A stretch of DNA of 63,590 nt from Octopus bimaculoides (taxonomy: Eukaryota). A model generated the notes under the pieces. That model searched no databases and was not told where the DNA came from. It was given only the letters and a program-made list of their open reading frames with translations. The position numbers were made by a program, and so were the translations under genes. How positions within the stretch are numbered: the stretch's first letter is position 1; the number at the start of each line of letters is the position of its first letter. Location of the stretch: assembly GCF_001194135.2 (NCBI RefSeq), contig NC_068990.1, positions 6,536,739 to 6,600,328 of the forward strand. Reading direction: 5' to 3'. This document shows positions 11,806 through 26,232 of the stretch, in pieces.

Positions 11806-14800
11806 NNNNNNNNNNNNNNNNNNNNNNNNNNNNNNNNNNNNNNNNNNNNNNNNNNNNNNNNNNNNNNNNNNNNNNNNNNNNNNNNNNNNNNNNNNNNNNN
11901 NNNNNNNNNNNNNNNNNNNNNNNNNNNNNNNNNNNNNNNNNNNNNNNNNNNNNNNNNNNNNNNNNNNNNNNNNNNNNNNNNNNNNNNNNNNNNNNNNNNN
12001 NNNNNNNNNNNNNNNNNNNNNNNNNNNNNNNNNNNNNNNNNNNNNNNNNNNNNNNNNNNNNNNNNNNNNNNNNNNNNNNNNNNNNNNNNNNNNNNNNNNN
12101 NNNNNNNNNNNNNNNNNNNNNNNNNNNNNNNNNNNNNNNNNNNNNNNNNNNNNNNNNNNNNNNNNNNNNNNNNNNNNNNNNNNNNNNNNNNNNNNNNNNN
12201 NNNNNNNNNNNNNNNNNNNNNNNNNNNNNNNNNNNNNNNNNNNNNNNNNNNNNNNNNNNNNNNNNNNNNNNNNNNNNNNNNNNNNNNNNNNNNNNNNNNN
12301 NNNNNNNNNNNNNNNNNNNNNNNNNNNNNNNNNNNNNNNNNNNNNNNNNNNNNNNNNNNNNNNNNNNNNNNNNNNNNNNNNNNNNNNNNNNNNNNNNNNN
12401 NNNNNNNNNNNNNNNNNNNNNNNNNNNNNNNNNNNNNNNNNNNNNNNNNNNNNNNNNNNNNNNNNNNNNNNNNNNNNNNNNNNNNNNNNNNNNNNNNNNN
12501 NNNNNNNNNNNNNNNNNNNNNNNNNNNNNNNNNNNNNNNNNNNNNNNNNNNNNNNNNNNNNNNNNNNNNNNNNNNNNNNNNNNNNNNNNNNNNNNNNNNN
12601 NNNNNNNNNNNNNNNNNNNNNNNNNNNNNNNNNNNNNNNNNNNNNNNNNNNNNNNNNNNNNNNNNNNNNNNNNNNNNNNNNNNNNNNNNNNNNNNNNNNN
12701 NNNNNNNNNNNNNNNNNNNNNNNNNNNNNNNNNNNNATATATGGGGAGAATTCTTCTCTCATATTTTTGTGCTTTTGAAGCTCATACTACTAATTCATTA
12801 GGCTTTGCCATATTTATCTTAAGGATTATGCTTCATATGTTTAAGACAATTGTTTACAAATTAGAAACTTTAGTGAATGAAGAAATTCAGTCGTTATTGC
12901 TAATTTTTCCTTTTAGTCGCGAAGAGAGAAGATGGATTGAAAAACAGAATAAAGCTGCTCGTCAGAAGAGAAAGAAAGAAGAGATGGCCAGAATACGTCA
13001 GTTAGTTGGTATGTTCCCTAAGTCATTACATAGTCTTTATGTAGTTTCTTATGTGGATAGAAAACCTGAAAATTTTCATGGCAAGCAGGAAAAATGGAAA
13101 GTTTTGGGATTTCCAAATTTATGCTTTATTTAGTTACCTTAGTAGCATAGTTGGAGTGGAATAGCTGTAGCCATTGCTTGCTATTTATATATGCTATTAT
13201 GAGTGTATTAGGGGATAGTGTATGTTTTGCTGATACCTTTCTATCTTTTCCTGTTGTTGTGATTTTTTCCTTCTTTTACCTTCCATTTGTTTTGTCACAT
13301 CAGAGAATATCCTAACTCTATTTCATTCCTTTGTTATTGCCTACATTTTACTTTTTCTGACTGTGTTTCAATAAAATAGCTGTAAGCAGTATAATATTCT
13401 GTAATCTGTTATGTCATTTGGGGCTGTTGAAGACTTCCACTTCAAAGGATTATACATTAGAATAGTTTCTTATTGTCCTCTCACTAACATCATCATCATC
13501 ATCATCATCGTTTAACGTCCGCTTTCCATGCTTGCATGGGTTGGACGATTTGACTGAGGACTGGCAAGCCTGAAGGCTGCACCAGGCTCCAATCTGATTT
13601 GGCAGAGTTTCTACAGCTGGATGCCCTTCCTAACACCAACCACTCCGAGAGTGTAGTGGGTGCTTTTACGTGCTACTGGCACGAGGACCAGTCACAAAGG
13701 ACTGGCAATGGCCACACTACCATGTGAAGATTTCAGTTCAGTTCTGCAGTTATACAGTCATCAATTACGCAGCTTATAATTGTGAACTTTACTGATCCTT
13801 ATTAATAGTTAAGTCTAGAATTTTTAGGATTCTTCACTTCATTAAAACATCTTGAAACAGTTTCCTCTAAATCAAGTGATTGAAAGAAAGGAACCTACTT
13901 TCTATTGAGACTGAGTTGTTTCTGCATTGTTCAAGTAGTTTACTGAAACTTTTGCTCAAGTTTCTTCCTGTCTGAGGGAAGAGCAATCATTCTTTGAGCA
14001 TCCTTTAGTTACACTGTCTCAGTGGTGTACAACAAGCCTCTTTTTATACAACAAGCCTCTTGCTGCTTCATCAGTGGCCTTTAATGTCCATTTTCCATGC
14101 TGGTATGAGTCGGATGGTTTGACAGGATCCAGTGAGCTACATGACTATGTCAAGCTCCAATGTTAGCTTTGGCATCATTGATTTCACTTTGTGTTTTTTT
14201 TTTGTACCACTGGCACCAGTGATGTTGCCAAGTAACTAACAAGATTAAGAACCAGAAAAAGCCCCTTTGTCTAAATGGCAGAAGAGAGGAAGAAGTGTTT
14301 GTGGGATGGAAGTGACTGTGTGCCAGGTATTTTGTTGTAGAAGAGGAGCATGGCTAGCCTACCCTGCATTATATAAGAGTGGCAGGAGTAGATGGGAAGA
14401 AGATAAAGATAGTATTAATGGAGTGCCAGAGAGAACTCTCTTGGTACAAAAAAGTGAGCATGAGAGAGAGGATCCAGGCAGTGGATCAGTGAGATGGGGG
14501 TGGGGAGGAGAGGGGGCTAATTTCATAAGTGTGTGAGGAGAGAGTAACAGATGGTTAGAGATGTGGATAGAGGTAGATGTATTGAGTGATGAACAAGGGT
14601 GGAGGTACGGTTGGCGGGAAATACCACTATAGATAAGGGGTGAGGTGAGATAAATAGAAGTGGTTTAGGAAGGAAGATAGATCAGAAAGTAGGGGGGGGG
14701 GATGATAAGGTGTGGGGAGGTAGGTGTCGAGGTACACAAAGGTGACTAAAGTGAGTGAAGCTTGATGGTAGATATGAGAGGACATTGTAAATGATAGTGA

Positions 14801-17800
14801 AAATGAGAAGTATTAACCCTTTAGGATTCAGAGTTCTCTGTCAAATGTAATTCTTCGTTATTCACATTGATTTGAATTAGTCATACATTATTACCTTGTA
14901 GCTTTGAGATTTCAATGATGTGATTGTTTATTTGAAGAATGATATTTTAAGGTAAGTGTGTAAGAGTCCAGAGATAAAGTTCCAGTGAGTAGTATTTATT
15001 TCTGAATGCAGTAGGGAGAGATATCTTACTTCACTAACATTGCCGATACCTGTGAGAATCGCACAGTTATTTCCTTTCTTATTTAAGTTTGACTTCCAAT
15101 GTCATAGTAGAAAAAAAAAAGATATCAATTTTCAGATGAAGGAAAAGTATAATGATGGAAGTTAAGGTGTTGGGTAATCAACTATGTTGTCATAAATTCA
15201 AATTTCTCTACAAGTGTTGTGTTGTTCTCTTGACATATTTCTGTTTGTTCCAGTTATTCTGCCTGGCAAAAAATAAGTTGTGCACTTACAGTTGGGGGAT
15301 AAGTAACAAGACCAACATTCAAAGAAAAATGTTCCATCATGCATGAAGAAAATGGTATAAAATAGTCTAGATATGATTCAATGACACATGAAGTTATTTT
15401 CTCATGCCATAAGCAATTTTTCATATTTGAGTTGAATTTCTTTTGTTTGCAGATAATGCCTATGCATGTGATCCCAGAGTACACAAATTTAAAGAAGAAG
15501 AGAAAGAGAAGAAATTAGCTCAGAAGCGTGCTCGCCAAGAAGCAGCTCGAGCTAAAGCCGAAGAAGAAGAACGGGTAACTATCTTACACTTCTAAATTTT
15601 TAAATGCTATGGTTGTACACTATGTCTGACTTTTTTCTCTCAGTGTCTGCAAGGTTAATATATTTTAGTTTACTAAGGTGGGCGAACTGGCAGAATCGTT
15701 AGCACACTGGGCAAAATGCTTAATTACATTTCATCTCTCTTTACATTCTGAGTTCAAATTCTGCCAAGGTCGACTTTGCCTTTCATCCATTTTGGGCTTG
15801 ATAAAATAAGTACCAGTTAAGCACTGGGGTCAGTGTAACTGACTTGCCCCTTCCCCTGAAATTGCTGGCCTTGTGCCAAAAACCGAAAGCAGTATATTTT
15901 AGTTTTCTGATGTTATAGCCTAGCTGAAGAATATCTCTGTTTAGGTCAGTATGTTTAAATAACTTTGAATTTTATGCCTATTTTATGGTTGAAAGGGACT
16001 GTGAAAAGGGCCATCTAGTTCTTGGTACAATAATAATATATAAATATCTGAAATTTGTGAAAACCATCTCACTTATGTTGACTTGGTGAAAGTGAGAGCA
16101 AAACTTGTAGGGGTCGTAAGGAGATTATACAAATGCCATGTTGCCAATGTGGACTTTTTATGGTTGCTTATATCTTTTCCACATTTGCACTTTTAATGTC
16201 TAAGCCATGAAATTGAATGCCAATTTCTTGTTAGCTTTGCCTGCCACAGATTTCTTACTTTCTTTCTACACTCTTCCTTAGTGGGGCAGTAGTTACATGC
16301 CTTGGTCATATTACTTCTCATCATTAGTTCATCTTCATCTTTTAATGTCAGTTCTCCATACTGACAGGAGTTGGCCAGCTGCAGAGCTGCCCAGGCCCCA
16401 TTTGGCATGGTTTCTATGGCTGGATGCCCTTCCTAATATGCCAACCACTTTACAAAGTATACTGGGTACTATTACATGGCACTAGCACAGGCACAGGTGC
16501 ATTAATGTGACACTGGCATGAAGTTCTTTTACATGGCGCCAAAATATAAACTTACAGCACTTCTGTTGAGACTTATCCCATATCCATTTGACTACAGTGA
16601 TTTCTTGTCTGTTAAGTCATTTTTTTTCTAAAGCTAATTCTTTTACTAGTAAGGTCTTTTAATTAATACTGATTTTCTGTTAATGTATCCATTGCATTAA
16701 TTTAGATTTACTTATTCCATTTTTAATATTTCTAGGTTTCTATTTTATGAATTTACACCTAAATTCTTTGTTTTATAATACATGAGCTGTTATTTTTAGA
16801 TCAGGCAAGAAGCACTTGCAGAAGAAAGGAGAAAAAAAGAAGCTGAAGAAGAAGCTGCTAGGCAAGCTGTAAGTTCTTTTTTTACTGAGTAGTTTTGGTC
16901 AGATGTCATCATCATCATCATCATCGTTTAACGTCCGCTTTCCATGCTAGCATGGGTTGGACGATTTGACTGAGGACTGGTGAAACCGGATGGCAACACC
17001 AGCCTCCAATCTGATTTGGCAGAGTTTCTACAGCTGGATGCCCTTCCTAACGCCAACCACTCAGAGAGTGTAGTGGGTGCTTTTATGTGTCACCCGCACA
17101 AGAGCCAGATGTATTTGAACAAATTTATGCCATTGAGATAACCAACCAAACACTTGATAGCATTGTATAGATATATATTTTGTCTTTTTCAGAGCTTTAT
17201 GTGATAAAAAAATTTAATTTAGATAGCTTGGTCACCAAGCTGCTCCTAATGAAGGTTAAATATTATTGCAGCTAACATTGGTGTGAGATTTTACTGATAG
17301 TAATTAATTTCTTGTTGATATGTTCTGTTATTTATAGTTCTGTCAAAAACGGGAGGGTAGCATGCTTGATACTTTTACAGTTCCTCTGAGACTGGATGGT
17401 AGAAGTTATCCTCTGATTGCAGGCTTGGCCCAAATGGTTTCAGCAGTGCAAACTCTGCCAATGGTATCAAAAATCTAGGTGATGATTGTTAAATGGACAG
17501 CATGAGTTGCTACTAATTTTTGTAAATGAGATTGAGTTAGTATGACGCTATTGTCTTTCTCATGGACATTAATGTTGGCAAATGGAATCAAATTAGGGAA
17601 TTACTAAGAACTTCTTACTTAGTGCTACTCACTAGTATTAATGATGGTGGTATTATTATTTCATTTGTTTATAAGAAATGAACGATACCAAGTACTTTGG
17701 AAGCTTTGCAGGTTTTGAACTCAAAACCTTGAATAAGATTTTATAATTGTAAATTTTTTTAGTTTAGAATGAAGCTTCATACATCTATGGGAACTTTTAA

Positions 17801-18179
17801 CTTGTGAAAATACTAGCTTTGTAAGGGAAATAGCTTGAAATTGAAATAGAGACCAATCTGTTGAATCATTTTCCCATGAATCTACAATTGTTACAATACT
17901 TGTCACAGTATTAATTCCATTTATTTAAACTGAACGTTAACCATATTTACCTCATAACTTTACAAAGTTTTCTTCCCCAGCCACGCAAGGAAGTCAATAA
18001 AAGTAGACCAATTTCTTCAAACTAACAAATTAGAATTAACCCAGTTTCATTTTGTAAGGGGTTGAAGTTAAAAGGTTGTAACTACTTACAACAAGATTAT
18101 GTATTGATTTCCTTGTCAGATACATTGTGTTCCTCGCAATCCATGATCAGTAGTTTATAGTAACAAAAGTGTTCTAGTG

Positions 18180-18216
<37 letters not shown>

Positions 18217-19949
18217 TGTGTAATGTCCGTTTTCCATGCTGAAATGGGTTGGACGGAGATGGCCAGGTAGAAGACTACACCAGGCTACTGTGTTTGTTTT
18301 TGCATGGTTTTTACGGCTGTGTGCCCTTCCTATCACCAACCACCTTGCAGAATGTACTGAGTGCTTTTTACGTGGTACCAACAGAGGTGAAGTCAGTTTT
18401 GGCATGGTTTTTTTTACAGCTGGATGCCCTTCTAAATGCCAACCACTTTACAGTTTGGACTGGATGTTTTTTACTTGACAACAACACTAGCAGGATCATC
18501 AAGTAACTTGCAAGACAAAGAACTTTTGAGAGAGGAGGTGGCGGGGCATTAGAGGAATTGATCTTGTGTCAGATGATGAAAAGTTCGAGTGTGACAGAGA
18601 GACATCCTCTGACCTTTCATCATAACACAAGATCGCCTCCTGCAATGCCCCTGAAAAAAAAAAAGATTCTTCCTTACACTCACAGTACTTCTTTGCTTTC
18701 TTGTTGTTTAATAAATAATATTGCATTGTTTTAGGCTTTATCTGAGCTTTCTTGGAAGTAATTACTTGATTACTTGAGAAACTTCTCTTATTGGATATGC
18801 TACTAATATATTAAATTTGGTTCATTGAGTGATTTCAACTTACTACTATCAGCTGATACAAAAGGAAAAAAAATCACAGCTTATGCCTGTGAGCAATACC
18901 TACCTATGTATAGTACCAATTATATGCTTGGTAAACAAGGTTATGGAGTACTAAACTCTGTAAGAATGATTGGGCAATATTGTTAAGTTTTGGTTCCATA
19001 AACCACCATTCAGTTGACTTTCTGTAGAAATCAGTGTTTTTCTTTGTATTGTCTTCTTTAAGGCTGCTGCTGTGAAAAAAGAGAAAGATGCTCTGCGGAA
19101 AGTATTGAAGAAAGAGAAAAAAATTCTTAGGAATATTGTTAAGGTAAGATCTGACTCTATCTATGTTTTTGGCTATTAATATTGCTGAATTAAATTTATT
19201 AAAAACTGATATAAATTACTAAGTTCCTTTACCATTGTACATTCTCTGTGAAGGCAATATTTACCTGTGTTTAGATCTAATGTAATGTCCAAAATATCAA
19301 CTACAATGATGTTGATAGTGTTTATTTCAAGCTAAACTTTTGAAATGCATTAATATAGTCTTTCTTGAGGCTATCAAGCTGGTGAAAAATGAAGCAGCCT
19401 CTGATGAGAAACAAAGCAAGATAATCCTACCGGCCTAAGCCTCATCACACTAGTACATAACTCCAAATAGATCAGAGCCCTGCCATGATGATACTAATTT
19501 CACTGAGTTGTATCAAACTGTTCAGTATAAAGAAAGTGCTTCAAAATGAACAGGGAAAATTCTGTCTAACAGAGTAGATTTGATTTAACATTTATTATCT
19601 ACTTGCCTAAAACAATTGAGTAGAAATGGGTTATTTTTTTCTTAAAGGTAAATTTGTAGCTTGATTAACTTTTATGTGATAATTGCCTCTAAAATATTTT
19701 TGCTAACTATGCTTAATTCACGGTTTTAAAGTTCAATAACAATATTTGGGCTTCTTCATTAATTTACTATGTAGTAGTGAATGTTTTTTCTCCAACTTTG
19801 GCAAAAAGCTTGGACTGTCTGACTGTGTATATACACACAAACATATACACTCATAACATTGTGTGTATGTATGTGTATATATTTACATAAACATATATTT
19901 AAACATACACATGCCTCCCCATCTCTCTCTCTATATATGTGTATATATG

Positions 19950-19998
<49 letters not shown>

Positions 19999-22338
19999 CA
20001 TAATAATCATGATCATCATCATCATCGTTTAATGTCCGTTTTCCATGCTGGCATGGGTTGGACCATTTTACTGAGGTCTGGAGAACCAGTGGCTGCACCC
20101 ACTGCTTGCATGGTTCAGGCAAGACTATGGTGAGGCAGTTCTCATCTGATAGTTGTCCTCCTTGACCCCAGTCATCACTTGATTCCAAGCAAGATAACAA
20201 AGGGACAATATGAACTCACCCTTGCATACACATCTACATGTATCGGTTTCATTCACAATGTATTGGTCATCTCACAGCTATAAGAAGACATCAACCAACA
20301 TCATCCATGCAATAAGACCAAATTCCTAACCATGTAACTCTAAAGGAAACTTATGACTACACAAGAGACACACCCACCTAACCACATACACCATCTACCA
20401 GCCCTCCCCACACATACTCCCCCCCACAGTATGTATACATAGGCAGACTTGTGTGTATATATATTATTACAGCCTTGTGATATCTTTATTCGCAGGAGAA
20501 TGATTATTTTGCTTCTAATGAAAATGAAAAAGTTAACCATATGGAAGAAGTTGAGAAACTTGCTGAACTTCTGAGTGTTTCAAGGTGAGTATTGTTAAGT
20601 GCAAAATTTTCTTCTTTGTCATTTGCATCACCTCATTGATGATAAACCCCTCTGTTATCATTAGTGTTGGTAATATTATTATTATTATTATTATTATTAC
20701 TGAGTGAGAGAGCAGTGCATGCCATCAAAGTAAGATTGGGGTACAAATGTACGAAGCTCAATATACCCCTCATGACTACCTGTTTGATAAGCGTACACCA
20801 GGCACATGCATCACAACCATATGTGCACAACATGGTGATCTCATATCAAGATAAACAGTACATGACCTTGCAGGTGGGGCCCAGTTACAATTTTCTTCAG
20901 GTCGAGTAGCCCATCTTGCTTAAAAGGTCCCTGAATAAAATTTGTTTAAGGATGATGAATGAAACACCCTTGTTTCCAGGGGTGAATTATTCAATCCCCA
21001 AAGAATTCCTCTCAACACATGGCTATGATGCTTCCTCACATTTGCTCGTAATCAAAGATGCACATATCGTCAGCCATTAAGGGACATGCTCACCTGGTTA
21101 AGGTCAAGCAACTGAGAAGACGAAACATGTACCTGATAACACTTCCAATCAGTTAAGATCAAAAGCAATGAAGGCCACTGCTTAGTACTGCATCAGGGCA
21201 CTATTATTATTATCATAATTACTGCTGGTGTCTTCATCATTTTCTTCCATGAACACAACTGATGCAGGAATTGTAAGTCTTAATTGTTTGTTAGGTAGAG
21301 GCATGACCCTTCATGCCCCAATAAAATTTCTTTTGTTTCTCCAATTAGTCTGGCCACCATTAGAGATGTCAGTTGTAGCTGAATCCCATGTTATTAGCAA
21401 AGCTCTTGATCAGACATAGTTTTATTAGTTCCATGATCATCGTTTTATAAGATTAAGTAGAGATTCTGCTTGATTCTGTTCTTGGTATGACTTTCCAAAG
21501 ATTATGTTCTCTGTGAGTTATTTGATGTTGAGGAAGTTGAACTTGTCCAACAGAAGTGCATTGATAGAGTTGGCAAAGTTTCATTAATACTTTTTTTAAA
21601 ATTATTCTACAACTTTCCTCAAATTTAACATGATTTGAGGCATCTGGTGGACAATATAAAGTAAATATAATATTTTGTTTAAAATAAGTTTTAATTTTAT
21701 TTCATGTATGTTCTCTTTTTTTCTAGATTGCAATCTCTGAATGAAGCATTGAACTCTGGAGACAAAGAAGTTGCCAAAAAGGCTTTTCTTGAAAATGTAT
21801 GTATTGTATCTTTTATCAGTTACTTGTTTCAGTCATTGAACTGTGGCTATGCTGGGGGAACTGCCTTGAAGGGGTTGGCTGAACAAATTGACCCTAGTCC
21901 TTTTTTTCTTTTAGCCTGGTACTTATTCTGTTGGTCTATTGCCAACCTGCTAAGTTATGGGGATGTAAAGAAATTTTAGTGGTAAAATGAAATGGAATTA
22001 TGCAGTTCTTTATGATCCTGATCAGTTCAGCAACACGAGAGGACAAAAATGATCAGATGCAGGCTTTTAAAGCACTCCAAACAAAACTTAAGAGCAATTC
22101 ACACCTGTGTAATGCTGATACAATAACAAAAATAATACTAGTTTCAAATAAGTTCAGGGGAGGGGTTAAGTCGATTACATCAACCCCATCGTTTAACAGG
22201 TACTTATTTTATCAACCCTGGAAGGATGAAAGGAAAAGTTGGCCTTGGTGGAACTTGAACTCAGAAATGTGAAGTCGAATGAAATGCCACTAAGCATTTT
22301 GCTCAGCATGCTTACAATTCTGCCAGTTTTCCACCTTA

Positions 22339-22371
<33 letters not shown>

Positions 22372-24353
22372 CATCCTTTCTTCTATAGGTGCAAGGCCTG
22401 GATTTTTGTGGGGAGAGGGACAATCATTGATATCGACCCCAGTATGTGACTGGTACTTAATTTATCGACCCCGAAAGGATGAAAGGCAAAGTCAGCCTTG
22501 GTGGAATTTGATCTCAGAATGTAGCAACAAACGAACTACTGCTAAGCATTTCACCCAACGTGCTAACAATTCTGCCACCTTGCCACCATTTAAATAATAA
22601 TAATAATAATGATATTAGTAATAACAATAAATAGATAAATAAATATATGATGCAGCTATTTTTGACTCCAGAGAAATGCAGCTATTTTTGACTGCTGTTT
22701 TTTAAATCAGTAAATAGCATTTTGATATATATTTTTAAAAGTATACAAAGCATGAGTGTCCATTAGCTTTTCAGGTCTGCATTAATTGAGAAAGAGGAAT
22801 AACTAAATGAGGTTAGTACAGTTATTGTAACTTACATTTAAAGAGAAACTTGGATTGAAATGGAGTTTGGCGGGATTGAAATACTGGGCAGGAAAGGGTT
22901 TAGTAAATTATAAGAAGCACTTGAGATACAAGAAAGATAGATAGGTTCGTCTGCTTAATTCAAATGGAAATGGTATACAACAAATAGAAAAATTTGCAGT
23001 AATGTAGCTTAATGACTTATTAGTGTTTGTAAAATGGTTGTTGAAGAAACCTTAACTGTTAAAACAATATCTGGTTCCCAATGTTACACTTGTTGGTTGT
23101 GTTAAATAGATGTAGCCCCTTCCTTTTGCTATATTTGAGTGTTTTCTCTAGTTATACCTGTGTTTCTCTTCCTAATTGCAGGTAAAGGAATTGAAGGAAC
23201 AAATGGAGGAAGAGAAGAAGAAGCAATTAGAAGTACTTCAGAAACAGTCGTCCAATGAAGTTTCTCAAGTCAGTAAGGACTGGACTGAACTTGAAATGCA
23301 GTTTATGGTGACTGGTGTGAATTTATTTCCAGCTGGTACCAGAGATAGGTTTGTCTGCACTTGTTTCTCTGAATGTGTCCTTTTGTGTGATTCAACCCAC
23401 ATTTTATATCATAATGTCTGTTCTATAACTGTTATTATTGAAAACACTGCTTTGAAGAATTTTTAGTCAAACACATCAACCTCCAGTACTTATTTATTTC
23501 TTTGTAAAACCTGGTACATATTCTATTGGTCTCTTTTGCTAAACTGCTAAGTTACAGGGACCTAAACACATCAACACTAGTTGTCAAACTGTGGTGGAGG
23601 ACAAACACCGACACAGAGAACGGAAAGAAACTTCTTACTACACAGCCATAGCTGCACCTATGTTTAAATATTTTTTATTTAGTTGCAGTGCTGGAGTTTT
23701 GACTGTCATTTATGCTTTTCATTTTAACTACACAATATTTCATGCAGTTAAGGTTCATTAAAGATACTCTGAAGCTAGATTTAATTTCAAAAATAATTAG
23801 TAAATTAGTATAAAATGACACCAATTTAATGGCTTGAACATTGTTAGTATCTGTCTAGATTTAATGTAGTTTCATTAACTGACAGATATATCTTAATGTT
23901 TTAAACATCTGGCTGTTTCAAGACTTCAAACTCTACTGAGGCGTCTTAATTTATTTGTTCTTGCATTATTTTATCTGAAGTGATGGAGTACAGCAGACAT
24001 GTGAAACCTATCCAAAGATGGACAAATGGACATTAAAATTACGTTGATAAGAAGGACAGTTTTATGATAACACCTTTGATAAAGAAAAGACAAAACTTAA
24101 ATTTTCAGTTCTTGAATTTTTCTTTTTCGAATTATAGATGGGAAGTCATTGCGAATTTCATTATCCAGCATGTAGAAGGAAGTAGAAAAACAGCTAGAGA
24201 TGTTTTAAAGAAAGCTAAAGAATTACAAAAGAATGGTAAAGTACTTCTTAAAATTATAGTTTCTGCTTTGCTGAATTTGCTGTTTGGAATTTACAACTAT
24301 GTTCACACACACACATGTGCATGCACGCACACACACACACACACATACACACA

Positions 24354-24416
<63 letters not shown>

Positions 24417-26173
24417 TGTGTGATTGATTGATTGATTGATTGATTGATAGATAGATAGTGCAGATCTATGCTCTGCAAAAATGTAGCAAATGTTTCATTT
24501 GTTGTAGGCTATCAGTTGTAATGACCATATTTTATTTACTCTTTTAATTAATTTCTTGCTCCCTCCGTATTAAATGGCTTTATTTTAACTTCCATTTTGA
24601 TTGTCGTTATCTCTTGGCTGTATCGACAGTTTTTGTTGCTTACCACCAAATATAATTTTAATGTTTGTAGAATATTAAATAATGAGATTCAGTTGCTTTA
24701 CTTAATTTCTTTATATTTGGAATGTTCCAGATAACTTTGTTTTAATTTGAACTAATCATATCATTTGGGCTTTAAGCCTCATATGAGGGAAATCACTTGA
24801 AGGGTTATCCTCTTATGAAATTGCATTGTTATATAAGCAATATGTTAAAAACAATGTCTTTGAAAAGATTTTGAAGTAAACATTTTTCTCCTTAAACATA
24901 GTTGAAGGTCAAGGAAGCTTTTACATACACAAAGGATATTTAGTTGCATGTATAGAAGCTGCTAACAATTCAGTTCTTTTATTCAAACTATTACTTCCTT
25001 AAAGCAAAATTTTTCTCTCAAGCAAATGTCACATTTGATACTGCTTTTCATTTATAGTTCTGCCTTAATCTACAATCAACCAGGCAATTTCCAGGCATTG
25101 GAGCAAGATGCTAGCCTCAGATCCCTCAGTCAAGCTATCCAACGCATGCCAGCATGGAAGATAGATGTTAAATTATGATGATGATGATGATAATGATATG
25201 TGCGTTTATAATTTGTATATCTTATCCTAATATTTCGTTTCATAGATTTTTCCTTGAAAGAAGAGGCTCAGAAGAAAGCTTTTGAGGTTTTTGAAAAGCA
25301 TCATACAAAAGGCTGTACCAGCGCAGTTCCAGCCGAAGGTCGCATTAGCCAACGCTATGAAAGTAAGTGGACCCTTACATTAGTTCCTTACCCTTAAAAT
25401 CTGTTATTTTCTAACTTAAAGAGATGGAAACATGCTAGAAAAATGCATCTGACAACACAGCAATCACATCTGCTCACCAAGGAAATCCTTGAGATGTCAA
25501 TGTGTAAGTGTGCACTTAATCAGTTGCATTTATTATCAGTCATTACCATTTCTTATAAAACTGTGTGGGTATGTCCCCTCAGCAGTTGTATATAGAACTG
25601 TCCCCTCAGCAGTTGTATATAGAACTGTCCCCTCAGCAGTTGTAAACTTGTAGCTCGTGACAGTCACATTCACCTAAGTTGGAGGGAAATAAGGTTTATG
25701 TCTGTTCATGAGTTATTTCCCTTAGATTTTGAAATAAAACTAAAATTTGAACTATCATTTTGAATGAAACGCGTTTCTGTTAACTATTTTCAGCTAATAG
25801 CAATATGCTGTTAGGATCTCACTGATAACCGCCACTAGACCTGACCCGACAGTATGAGCCCCATGGTATTCACTGTGGTACACTGATTGTAATTTACAAA
25901 ATTAATTATTTATACTCTGGCCCCTGGTATTGATTACTCTATATTTAATATCCGTTACTATTATTCAAGCTGGCAAAATTGTTAGCATGCTGGGCAAAAG
26001 GCTTAATATCATTATGTCTGTCTTCACGTTCTGAATTCGAATTCTGCTGAAGTCAACTTTACTTTTCATCCTTTTGGGGTCGATGGAAAAAGTACCAGTC
26101 AAGCACTGAGGTTGATGTAATCTACTATCCCTCGCCCCACAAAATTTCAGGCCTTGTGCCTATAATAGAAAGG

Positions 26174-26232
<59 letters not shown>

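Noticed and set aside
19400-19415. CTGATGAGAAAC as a hammerhead
   Set aside because: No stem II between the core halves and no stem I.
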